Shown: positions 8,918 to 17,420 of the stretch, piece after piece
Layout: every line of letters begins with the position of its first letter
Position numbering within the stretch: position 1 is the stretch's first letter
DNA from: Dehalococcoidia bacterium
GTDB lineage: Bacteria > Chloroflexota > Dehalococcoidia > Lucifugimonadales > Lucifugimonadaceae
Assembly: GCA_009693115.1 (NCBI GenBank)
Contig: SHXW01000009.1
Span: 3,508 to 67,507 of the forward strand
Direction: 5' to 3'
Length of the DNA: 64,000 bases
Translations under genes and position numbers: made by a program
The notes under the pieces: model-generated
The model's database searches: none
What the model saw: only the letters and a program-made list of their open reading frames with translations
What the model was told of the DNA's origin: nothing

Positions 8918-10264
8918 TCAGGATCCACCAGCCGCCGCCCGCATGGAGGCAAGCACCTCCCTGAATTGAACATACGTTGATATCCCGCGCATGGTCCGGA
9001 CCAATTCTCCCGGTCCCTCGGACAGCGTCCTCAACTCGTAAATCTCCCTGGCGATGGGGCTCACGGACGACGGGCTTTCTCCATACGAACCGTGGAAGGC
9101 AAAGTAGGCCTGGTTGATCTTCCTAACGGCATAGCCGTGGCTGTTCAGACTGATGCGGCGCCCCTCCATGTAACCTTCTGCACCCTCAACATCTCCCGCT
9201 TTCAACAACTCGTCTGCGCGCTGGCGTGTCTCTCGCATGAACGAGAAGAAATCGAACTCTCCGGCCTTTGCCGGGGATGTCGCGGACGCGTCGCGTGGCG
9301 GCCCGGCCTCCGGCGCCGGTTTGCCTGTGATTTCTTCATAAACCATGCCGCCAAGTTCGCGTCCCGCCATATCGGCGAGTGTCTCATTCAGGCGCGTCAT
9401 GTCGCCGCTGTCCCAATAGTGCTGTCCAAGTGGATGGAAGAAAAGATGCGAGTGCAGCCACTCGTGCGCCGCCACTTCCAGCAGCGATAGCAGGTCGTAG
9501 CTTGACGGGACCACTGTGGGATAGGTGGAGAGGCCGCCTGTGGCCTCGACAAGGGCGGAAAGGTTGTGCTGCTCCATCAATCTGTTCTCTATCCGCTCCA
9601 TGTTTGCGACGGCCGTTTCCGGCCTGATCAGGACTGTGTCCTCCCGCTCGATCCTGTGCCTGGGCGACGTGATGAGCACATGTGGCGGCTGGTCCAGGCG
9701 GAAGTCAACGGGCGGCCACGTCAGAAAACCAGCCCCGAGGCCCTGTCTGTCCACCACCCCGCCCAACAACGACTCCAGATACTCCTCGACACTGTTTCTG
9801 AGGCGGTCCCGCTCTTTGACGAGCCTGTCCACTTCCGCCTGTTTCGCGGCCGCGTCCAGACCTGCCCGAGTGGAATCAGCAGAGACGCGCTCCAATTCAC
9901 CGCGGGCTGTCCGCAGTTCCCCCACCAGCTTGATATAGCGGTCGAGGTCCGCCTTTCGGGCCGCTCCACTCGTATTGGACCAGGGCAAGGCAGTGTAGAT
10001 ACGGTGCAACCACTTATCCGGGAAGTTCGAGAATTCCCATGACACGAGCGCGTACACATGGCCCACAGCCGCTTCCTGCGCGACCGTCTGTTCAGCGCGG
10101 TCGCCCTTCGCCAGCAGTGTGGCCGCGGCGACCATGAGGAAAACGGCTGCCCGTACTGCAAACCGCGAGATGCACCGCGCTGACGAACGCGTTACACGCA
10201 GGGCGTTCAAGATGGCCCCTGGAGCAGGGCGAGCCGCAGGCGAAGCGGCGTCGCGCCCGTTCAA
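8918..10264 (-). CDS. membrane-anchored putative zinc metallopeptidase (HExxH...NE), uncharacterised
   Basis: N-terminal hydrophobic anchor FAVRAAVFLMVAAATLLA, a charged helical stretch, then AAHEWLHSHLFF followed by LNETLADMAG (gluzincin-like arrangement). The exact start is uncertain. Confidence 0.6.
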   Translation of the reverse strand: MNGRDAASPAARPAPGAILNALRVTRSSARCISRFAVRAAVFLMVAAATLLAKGDRAEQTVAQEAAVGHVYALVSWEFSNFPDKWLHRIYTALPWSNTSGAARKADLDRYIKLVGELRTARGELERVSADSTRAGLDAAAKQAEVDRLVKERDRLRNSVEEYLESLLGGVVDRQGLGAGFLTWPPVDFRLDQPPHVLITSPRHRIEREDTVLIRPETAVANMERIENRLMEQHNLSALVEATGGLSTYPTVVPSSYDLLSLLEVAAHEWLHSHLFFHPLGQHYWDSGDMTRLNETLADMAGRELGGMVYEEITGKPAPEAGPPRDASATSPAKAGEFDFFSFMRETRQRADELLKAGDVEGAEGYMEGRRISLNSHGYAVRKINQAYFAFHGSYGESPSSVSPIAREIYELRTLSEGPGELVRTMRGISTYVQFREVLASMRAAAGGS

Positions 10265-10275
10265 CGTATAACCTC

Positions 10276-12612
10276 GTGACCGTGCCTCACGTATTGAAAT
10301 TCCCCCCGCTGCGGCGGCTGGCCGCGTGGCTGATAGTCACTTCCACCCTCATGGTCGCGTGTACGCCAACAACGCCGGCGCAGACGCCTGTCCCGTCGCC
10401 GCGGTCCGCACACAGTCCTGAGGTTCCCGCTACCGGGAGTCCCGCGCTGACGTCGTCGCCCGTACCGGCCATGAAGCCATCCCAGACACCGGCTCCTTCT
10501 GCCACGCCTGCCACGGGTGCCAAACCGGACGCAGATGTCCCCGCCGATGGCATCTCACGCAACTCGTGGGTCACGGCGCGGCTCAGCGCCGTTGAGTCCA
10601 TTTGGGGCATTTCCGTTGCGGGCCGTCACTGGCTGGAATCCTACGACTTCCGGCAGATGTACGGGCAGCCTGCGTGGTTCGGCTCGTACAGCTTCCAGAG
10701 CTGGGCCGGCGCGGGCGAAGCCATCCCCCGGCTTGTCATGCATGAAGTCAGTCACTCGTACTGGGGCCTGTTCCCGGTAGAGGGCAGGCCTGACTTGAGC
10801 TGGGTGCGCGGCCCGGACGGGGTCGCTCCTGCGCTGGCGCAATATCGCCGGGATCTTGAAACATTCATGCGCCAGCCGCCGGACCGCCACGAGCCATTGC
10901 GAGACCGCTTCCGCAACATGCCGAATCTGGGCCAGGGCGACTACCCGGACCTGTGGCATCACGGCGAGGCGGACATGGTGTCCTTCACAGGGGGAGACAT
11001 CGACCTCGTGCCTCCCATCCTCCGCAAGTACTACTCGTCCTTCCTGACCGCGCACGGAGCGGCAGGAGAGTCTGTCGGGGACTGGGCCTCCGCTCTCGTC
11101 TGGTGGCGCGGGCTGTCGGAGGAGCAGAAGCGCACGGCAGGGGAGGTCTTCGGCCTGCAACATTTCCCGCTGGACAAGTACACGCTGCCTTCGACCAGTT
11201 CAAAGGTTCCGAGCGGCGTCCAGGCGACGCTGGCGGGCGAAGAGCGGCAGCGGCTCCGCGACTTCGCAGACCAGTTCGCTGTGATCAAGTCACGCGAGTT
11301 CGCCCTTGTGGACGCTGCCGGCGTGAATCGCGGGTTTTCCTTCTGGCGGAACTACCTTTCAGAAATGAAGGAGATGCACCGGAAACACCCGGAGGTGCTT
11401 GGCAGAAATGTATCCGAACGGGCGCGCAGCCTGGGGTTCGGGCTGGACTTGTACATCTCTATTGAACGCCTCAGTCCTGCGAGCCAGGCGGAGGCCTACC
11501 GTGCCCGCTCGTCGGACCCGGTCATCCGGGAACTCGCCGTGCTCCTGAAGGAACGCGCCGTGCTTGAACTGTTCGCGGCGGGGACGAAGCAGGATCATGG
11601 AGTCGAGGCGGTCATTGGCCACTACGCGGCCAAGCTGGCCGTCACAGCAGCGCGCGCTGACGCCGTGCTGGCCGCAGGACGCGAGAATGCCGGCAAAGGC
11701 GCGGCGGAGTTGGAAAAGTACCTGGGTTCCCTGAGCGACGATGAGATACGGTCGGATATCAATGTGATCTTCGACCTCCTCCGGGAGGGCCACCCTGCGC
11801 TCACCGCTCTGATCATGCCGGGGATGAGCGACGCCGCGCTGTTGCGCCTGCTGAAACTCCAACCTGCTAGCGCACGTTCACACGAGATCGGCTCGGCACG
11901 GTTGCTCGCCGCCGTGGGACTGGTGCAGGGTGTATCGGTGTCAGCCATAACCGCTGGAGCGAAGACCCTGGCGGAAAACTCGTCGGGCAACTTCGTCATA
12001 GACCGGCCGTATGAGCTGGCCGTGTTCGACCTTATCGAAGACATCGGTGAAAAGGATCCGGCTGCAGCGGTGGGAGCGGTCGCAGAAAGCGGCATGCGCC
12101 TGCAGCCATGGCTCGACCGTGGCTCAACGGAGATGCTCTCCATCTTCAGGCGTGAACCCGCCGCGGCGGCTAAGCTGATCATCAGGCAGGAAAGCACGCG
12201 GACTTCCTCACAAAGGGTCGTCCACGCTCTGGTTTCGCTTGACCCGGACCTTGCCGCCGCCCTCCTGTCCGAGATGGCCCCTACGATTGACGCCACGGCT
12301 GGGGGAGCACACGCCGCGGCGCGCGGCGCCCTGCTTGAGATGGCCTACGACGCCTACTGGCAGTCGAAAGGCGCGAGGATCGGCCCGGACCCGTCGCTGG
12401 ACGCCCGGTTCGTCGCTGAGCTGGCGAAGCTGCGCGGCAAAGCATGGTTGCAGGCGGGGTTCACCGAAGCCATCGTAATAGTACGGGCATCGTCCGCCAG
12501 GGGCGAGACCGAGCAGGAATTCGAGTCTGAACTTCGACGTACCCTGAGCGAGGCGGCAAGGGCTGCGGACATGGGCACGGCATCACTCATAGCCGACATG
12601 TTGCGTTCCTGA
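10276..12612 (+). CDS. putative lipoprotein with a single HExxH motif and a large helical C-terminal region, uncharacterised
   Basis: Lipobox-like LIVTSTLMVAC, a Pro/Thr/Ser-rich linker, VMHEVSHSYWG, then about 450 aa of Ala/Leu/Glu-rich sequence. GC3-rich codons run throughout. The start (GTG 10276) is uncertain. Confidence 0.6.
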   Translation: MTVPHVLKFPPLRRLAAWLIVTSTLMVACTPTTPAQTPVPSPRSAHSPEVPATGSPALTSSPVPAMKPSQTPAPSATPATGAKPDADVPADGISRNSWVTARLSAVESIWGISVAGRHWLESYDFRQMYGQPAWFGSYSFQSWAGAGEAIPRLVMHEVSHSYWGLFPVEGRPDLSWVRGPDGVAPALAQYRRDLETFMRQPPDRHEPLRDRFRNMPNLGQGDYPDLWHHGEADMVSFTGGDIDLVPPILRKYYSSFLTAHGAAGESVGDWASALVWWRGLSEEQKRTAGEVFGLQHFPLDKYTLPSTSSKVPSGVQATLAGEERQRLRDFADQFAVIKSREFALVDAAGVNRGFSFWRNYLSEMKEMHRKHPEVLGRNVSERARSLGFGLDLYISIERLSPASQAEAYRARSSDPVIRELAVLLKERAVLELFAAGTKQDHGVEAVIGHYAAKLAVTAARADAVLAAGRENAGKGAAELEKYLGSLSDDEIRSDINVIFDLLREGHPALTALIMPGMSDAALLRLLKLQPASARSHEIGSARLLAAVGLVQGVSVSAITAGAKTLAENSSGNFVIDRPYELAVFDLIEDIGEKDPAAAVGAVAESGMRLQPWLDRGSTEMLSIFRREPAAAAKLIIRQESTRTSSQRVVHALVSLDPDLAAALLSEMAPTIDATAGGAHAAARGALLEMAYDAYWQSKGARIGPDPSLDARFVAELAKLRGKAWLQAGFTEAIVIVRASSARGETEQEFESELRRTLSEAARAADMGTASLIADMLRS

Positions 12613-12752
12613 CCTTATTCGCGACGATTTCCGCCCATGTAGCGAGCGGTCTCATGACTCTCTCTCATATTTCCGGAGAACGGCGGAGATTTCCTGCTAT
12701 CATCCGGCCCAATTCAGAAAGAGGAGCGGCACAAGTGATCTAGTCACGTCCC

Positions 12753-12789
12753 AGTCCACAGTTGGCGTCCAGCTGAGTGGACGTGGACT
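12753..12789 (+). promoter_or_regulatory. two-tier hairpin in the leader of the EF-G paralogue
   Basis: AGTCCA(12753-58)/TGGACT(12784-89) encloses CGTCCA(12766-71)/TGGACG(12778-83). It ends 13 nt before the GAGGGAGG Shine-Dalgarno at 12803-12810. Confidence 0.35.
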
Positions 12790-12815
12790 GTTGGCCCGGG
12801 CTGAGGGAGGCAGAC

Positions 12816-14813
12816 TTGGCCAGATACGCCACCGCGCAAATACGCAACGTCGCCCTTGTCGCTCACAACGGCGCGGGCAAGACATCCCTGGCCGACGCGC
12901 TCTTTTTCACCGCAGGCGGCGCCACCCGCCATGGCAGCGTCAACGAAAAGTCTTCCGCTTCCGACTTCGAGCCTGAAGAGCAGAAGCGTGGCTCATCCAT
13001 CCAGACGGCCATCCTGCCCTGTGAATGGAAGGGCCACCGGATCAACATCATCGACACCCCGGGATACCCGGACTTCCGGGGCGAGATGCTCTCCGGCCTG
13101 CGCGTGGCGGACATCGCAGTCATCGTCATTTCCGCCGCCTCCGGCATAGAGGTAGGCACAAGACAAGCGTGGGACTACTGCGAGAAGCTGGGCCTGCCAC
13201 GTGTGATCGTCATCAACAAGCTCGATCGCGAGAACACCGACTTCGATGTGACTGTCCGCGAGATCACAGAGGCGTGGGGCCGCCACCACGTGCCGGTGGA
13301 GTACGTGGACGGCAGGGACGCCGCGTTCACCGAGGTCCTGGACCTCCTCGGCCCGGCCGGGGACCAGCACCCAAAGTGGCGCGCCCGGCTGATGGAGGCA
13401 GTGGCGGAGTCCGATGAGAAGCTGGCGGAGAAGTTCATAGTGACTGAGAAGCTCGACCTGCCGGAGATGACCGGCGGGCTGCGGGCTGCAATCGCAAAGC
13501 GCACAGTCGTGCCTGTATACGCTGCCGCGGCACTGAAGAACATTGGCTCGAAGGAACTCCTGGACGCCATAGTCACCTTCTTCCCCGCGCCGGCTGAGAA
13601 GACGGAGGGCGTGCCGCCGGGCGCACAGGCCAACTTGGTATTCAAGACGGCGGCCGACCCGTTCGTGGGCAAACTCTCATACTTTCGGGTGTACGGCGCG
13701 CCAATGAAGGGTGACTCCCATCTCTGGAACCCGAAACGCAACGAGCCTGAACGCATAGGTCAGGTCTATCAACCAAAGGGCAGGGAGCAGACGCACGTCA
13801 CAGACGTAACCACAGGGGACATCGGGATCGTCAGCAGGCTCTCTAAGACGCAGACGTTCGACACGCTGTGCGAGAAGGCCCGCCCCGTGGTCCTGCCCGG
13901 CATCGAACTGCCCGACCCCATCTTCGGCCTTGCCGTCACGCCCAAGGCGCAGGTTGACCTTGACAAGATGGCCCACGCCTTGTCCCGCATGGAGGAAGAG
14001 GACCCGACCATCCGCATCGAGCGCAACCCGGACACGAAGGAGACGGTGATCTGGGGCCTCGGTGACATCCACGTCGAGACGGTGGTCGAACGCATCCGCC
14101 GCAAGTTTGACTGCCACCTGGCCACATCCCTGCCCCGGGTCCCATACCGGGAGACCATAGGCGGCACGGCGACAGCCGAATACAAGCACAAGAAGCAGTC
14201 CGGCGGCCACGGGCAGTACGGGCATGTGTTCCTGCGGCTTGAGCCGCTGCCAAGGGGCGGCGGGGTGCAGTTCTCAAGCAAGGCCGTCGGCGGCAGCGTG
14301 CCCAAGGAATTCCTTCCGGCCATCGAAAAGGGCGTCCGGCACGCCGCTGTGGAAGGCGTCGTCGCCGGGTACCCGCTCGTTGACGTGCATGTGACTGTCA
14401 CTGACGGCTCATCGCACCCGGTGGACTCCTCCGCCATGGCCTTTGAAATAGCGGGCAGCATGGCCCTCAAGAAGTGCGTACAGGAAGCCCGTCCGCAACT
14501 CCTTGAGCCTGTGGTGCACGTCACCGTCCTCGTGCCCGAGGAGAACGCAGGAGCGGTGATGAGCGACCTGAACACGCGCCGGGCGCGCATCCACGGGATG
14601 GAGCCGCGCGGAGGCGGGCTCACCGAGATCAAGGCCGATGCGCCGCAATCCACCATGCGACGTTACGCAGCCGACCTGCGCTCGATCACGCAGGCCCGCG
14701 GCACGTTCGCGGTGGCATTCGCCCGGTATGACGTCGTGCCGTCACAGGAGGCCCAGAAGATAATCGAGGCCCAGAAGGTAATCGAGGCCCACAAACACCC
14801 CGTCGGGGCGTAG
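12816..14813 (+). CDS. EF-G-2-type elongation factor G paralogue (translational GTPase)
   Basis: G1 AHNGAGKT, G3 DTPGYPDF and G4 NKLD are present, followed by EF-G domains II-V (...DGSSHPVDSSAMAFEIAG...). The N-terminus IRNVALVAHNGAGKTSLADALFF resembles Thermus EF-G-2 rather than canonical AHIDAGKTT. Start set to TTG 12816, 5 nt after GAGGGAGG; the track start GTG 12777 lies inside the leader hairpin. Confidence 0.8.
   Translation: MARYATAQIRNVALVAHNGAGKTSLADALFFTAGGATRHGSVNEKSSASDFEPEEQKRGSSIQTAILPCEWKGHRINIIDTPGYPDFRGEMLSGLRVADIAVIVISAASGIEVGTRQAWDYCEKLGLPRVIVINKLDRENTDFDVTVREITEAWGRHHVPVEYVDGRDAAFTEVLDLLGPAGDQHPKWRARLMEAVAESDEKLAEKFIVTEKLDLPEMTGGLRAAIAKRTVVPVYAAAALKNIGSKELLDAIVTFFPAPAEKTEGVPPGAQANLVFKTAADPFVGKLSYFRVYGAPMKGDSHLWNPKRNEPERIGQVYQPKGREQTHVTDVTTGDIGIVSRLSKTQTFDTLCEKARPVVLPGIELPDPIFGLAVTPKAQVDLDKMAHALSRMEEEDPTIRIERNPDTKETVIWGLGDIHVETVVERIRRKFDCHLATSLPRVPYRETIGGTATAEYKHKKQSGGHGQYGHVFLRLEPLPRGGGVQFSSKAVGGSVPKEFLPAIEKGVRHAAVEGVVAGYPLVDVHVTVTDGSSHPVDSSAMAFEIAGSMALKKCVQEARPQLLEPVVHVTVLVPEENAGAVMSDLNTRRARIHGMEPRGGGLTEIKADAPQSTMRRYAADLRSITQARGTFAVAFARYDVVPSQEAQKIIEAQKVIEAHKHPVGA
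14748..14801 (+). repeat. in-frame 18-bp tandem repeat (2 full units plus 1 diverged) at the 3' end of the EF-G paralogue
   Basis: gaggcccagaagataatc / gaggcccagaaggtaatc / gaggcccacaaacacccc, encoding EAQKIIEAQKVIEAHKHP. Confidence 0.9.
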
Positions 14814-14893
14814 CAGCCCGTGTTGAGGGAGAAGCCTCGGCCGTTATTGAGATCGTTCCAGACCCGGAGCGCGGCGCCACATCGGATTCGAAT

Positions 14894-14936
14894 GAAAAAA
14901 ACGGCCCCGGTGCAACCGGGGCCGCTGCTGTCTTTC
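14894..14936. terminator. bidirectional intrinsic terminator between convergent genes
   Basis: A perfect 9-bp GC stem CGGCCCCGG(14902-10)/CCGGGGCCG(14916-24) with loop TGCAA. It is preceded by an A8 run (a U-tract for the minus strand) and followed by ctgctgtctttc. Confidence 0.7.
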
Positions 14937-14957
14937 AAGGCATCTGGGAAAAGGCGG

Positions 14958-15407
14958 CTACTTCTTCCGCGCCCACATGGTCTCGTACTGCTCTCCCTTG
15001 ATCAGGAGCGCCAGTTCGTGCCGCTCTATGCGCATCAACTCTTCAAGAGCCGTGTTTGCAGCGGCGACGGTCTTCTCGTCTCCCTCGGCGGCCAGGCGCT
15101 TCGTTAGCCTTTCCCACACCCCGGATGAGATGACGTTGCCCACGTACCCGGCCCACGGAATGGCGACGATCTCCGTCGCTCGGGGCATGTGCGGGCGGAG
15201 CCGTTTGAGGGAACGCAGGCGGTCTGCAGCGGAACGGGCCATGGGCATGACGCGCACCAGCGGGCCTTCCTGGGGCCCGTGACGCATGTCTATGACCAGC
15301 GCCCGGCGGAGCAGGGGAAAGAAAATCGAGAGGGTCTGCGCAGACTCCATGTGGTGAAACACCGCATCCAGGTCAAGCCTGAAGTTACCGTCCACTTGAC
15401 ACCTCAA
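14958..15407 (-). CDS. hypothetical protein (149 aa), downstream of etfA
   Basis: ORF 30 nt downstream of etfA on the same strand, ending at the bidirectional terminator. No motif recognised. Confidence 0.4.
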   Translation of the reverse strand: MRCQVDGNFRLDLDAVFHHMESAQTLSIFFPLLRRALVIDMRHGPQEGPLVRVMPMARSAADRLRSLKRLRPHMPRATEIVAIPWAGYVGNVISSGVWERLTKRLAAEGDEKTVAAANTALEELMRIERHELALLIKGEQYETMWARKK

Positions 15408-15436
15408 TTCAATCTCCGGATCTTCCGGAGAAGTTA

Positions 15437-16435
15437 CTATCCCGCGGCCTTGCCAAGGTCCCGGACCGTGGCGGCGAAAGCGGGCAGAACCTTCTGCCAG
15501 TCCCCGACTACTCCGAACCTTGCCTCCTTGAAGATGTTGGCCTCTCGGTCTCTATTTACTACAACTATCGTACCCGAACCTGAGCAGCCTGCCATATGCT
15601 GGCTGGCCCCCGAGATGCCAACCGCCACGTAAAGCCGCGGGCTGACGGTCTTTCCCGTTAGCCCAACCTGGTGCGAGTGGTCTATCCACCCTGCGTCACA
15701 GGCGGCGCGCGACGCCCCGACTGCGCCTCCAAGGAGCCCCGCCAGTTCCGCCAGTTGCTTGAAAGGCTCCGGCCCGCCCAGTCCCCGACCGCCGCTGATT
15801 ACTATCTTCGCATCTTCCAGCCTCACGCCCGCCTGCGCCTCTTTTACCGTGCTTATGAGCTTCACACGCGACTCGCGCACCACCGCTGTCACGTCGAAGC
15901 TCACGACTTCCGGGGAACCGCCCTCCAGCGCAGCAGGCGAATATGCGCCCGGACGGATGATGATGACCTTCAGCCCGGTGCCACCCATCTCAAACTCAGC
16001 GAGAGCGCTGCCCCCATAGACAGGGCGCGTGACTGTGGGGGTGCCGCCTTGCACGCCTGCCGTGACAGAAGTGCAATCCTGCGCGATTGACGCTCCCAGC
16101 CTGAACCCGAGCCTCGGTCCCACGTTCGCGCCGAAGTCAGTCCTGGCGAACAGCATGACGTCCGGTGTGGCATGTTCCGCCAGAGCGGCGAAGGCTTCAG
16201 CAGGCGCCTCATAACCTCCTGAGCCGCCGTCGGCCAGGGCGGGGTGTTGGAGGAGCCAGACCCTGGACAAGGGCAGGGTTTTAAGAAACGGCCCGACATC
16301 AACCAGACTGTCCCCGCAAAACGCGACGGACACGGCATGGCCCGGGAAGGCCCTGCCCGCGGCAGTGATGAGCTGCGCTGTGACGCCCGCCGGTCTACCG
16401 CCTGCAAGTTCACCTGCTATCAGGACACCGGGCAT
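15437..16435 (-). CDS. etfA: electron transfer flavoprotein alpha subunit
   Basis: The C-terminal FAD-binding region has AKIVISGGRGLG...RAACDAGWIDHSHQVGLTGKTVSPRLYVAVGISGASQHMAG...IVVVNRD. It starts immediately after the etfB stop. Confidence 0.9.
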   Translation of the reverse strand: MPGVLIAGELAGGRPAGVTAQLITAAGRAFPGHAVSVAFCGDSLVDVGPFLKTLPLSRVWLLQHPALADGGSGGYEAPAEAFAALAEHATPDVMLFARTDFGANVGPRLGFRLGASIAQDCTSVTAGVQGGTPTVTRPVYGGSALAEFEMGGTGLKVIIIRPGAYSPAALEGGSPEVVSFDVTAVVRESRVKLISTVKEAQAGVRLEDAKIVISGGRGLGGPEPFKQLAELAGLLGGAVGASRAACDAGWIDHSHQVGLTGKTVSPRLYVAVGISGASQHMAGCSGSGTIVVVNRDREANIFKEARFGVVGDWQKVLPAFAATVRDLGKAAG

Positions 16436-17236
16436 CTAAATCAACTTCTCCTCTCTCAGACGACGGGCCAGAAGACGGCCTGAGTCGGCATCATCCTGAC
16501 CCTGAATGATCTCAACAGTCCGCCGTTTTTCGGGCACAGACAGCCGAGTCAATGTCATCTTCGGCACGAGGTCCGCGGCGTCAATACCCAGGTCTGCCAG
16601 TTTGACCATGACGGGCTGTTTGCGCCCAGCGGCCATGATGCCGCGCAGAGTCGGATAACGGGGCTCGCCCAGTTCATTGCTGACTGTGATTACGACAGGC
16701 AGCGGAACTTCGACCGTCTGCACCAGCCCCGGCAGCGTCCGCTCAATGCGGGCCTTGCCGTCCTTCACGGTGATTAGCCGCGCGAGCGTGACACACGGCA
16801 GGCCCAGAAACTCAGCGACGCCGATAGGCACAAGCGCCTGGTCCCAGTCCGACGCCTGCCGTCCGCAGAGAATGAGGTCGTAGGTGCCGTCGAGCTTGAC
16901 CGCTCCGGCAAGGACACGCGCCGTCGCTGTAGCGTCCGCCGATGCAAGGGCAGGGTCATCAACGAGCACGAGACGGTCCGCGCCCATCGAAAGCGGCTTC
17001 TTCATCACATCCATCACGAAGCCGCTTCCCGCAGAAAATACGTTGACCTCGACGCCCTGTCCGCCCGCTGCATCCCGTATGCGCAGCCCTGCCTCAACGG
17101 CGTTGAGATCGAAGCCATTGACGACGGGCGCCGCTCCCGGGGGAGGGACGACCCTGCGGGCCGCCTCATCCACCTTGAACTGGGACGGCGGGACTTCAGG
17201 GTCGAGCACCTGCCTGGCGCAGATGGCTATCCGCAA
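16436..17236 (-). CDS. etfB: electron transfer flavoprotein beta subunit
   Basis: (L)RIAICARQVLDPE... is a canonical EtfB N-terminus. TTG 17236 is preceded by GGAGA at 7-nt spacing. The 22 extra residues of the track ORF are not conserved-looking. Confidence 0.85.
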   Translation of the reverse strand: MRIAICARQVLDPEVPPSQFKVDEAARRVVPPPGAAPVVNGFDLNAVEAGLRIRDAAGGQGVEVNVFSAGSGFVMDVMKKPLSMGADRLVLVDDPALASADATATARVLAGAVKLDGTYDLILCGRQASDWDQALVPIGVAEFLGLPCVTLARLITVKDGKARIERTLPGLVQTVEVPLPVVITVSNELGEPRYPTLRGIMAAGRKQPVMVKLADLGIDAADLVPKMTLTRLSVPEKRRTVEIIQGQDDADSGRLLARRLREEKLI

Positions 17237-17420
17237 GTGTGTGTCTCCAATCCCTCTGCAACTGGGAGAGGGGAGATTGCGCGGCCCACACCGAGACCCC
17301 ATCCCTTGCGGGGAGAAGGTTGACCTGTGACCGCTTTCACATGTTAACCGGACAGGCTGTCGAAGGGCGGAGCGGGCGTTATCTGGGGTAATCTGTCGAG
17401 ATCGCGCTCACGCCGTCCAC

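Noticed and set aside
17319-17350. TTGACC at 17319-17324 as a -35 element for rsmG in the etfB/rsmG divergent region
   Set aside because: No acceptable -10 hexamer lies at 16-19 nt spacing (the best candidate is catgtt/gttaac). This is too weak to report.
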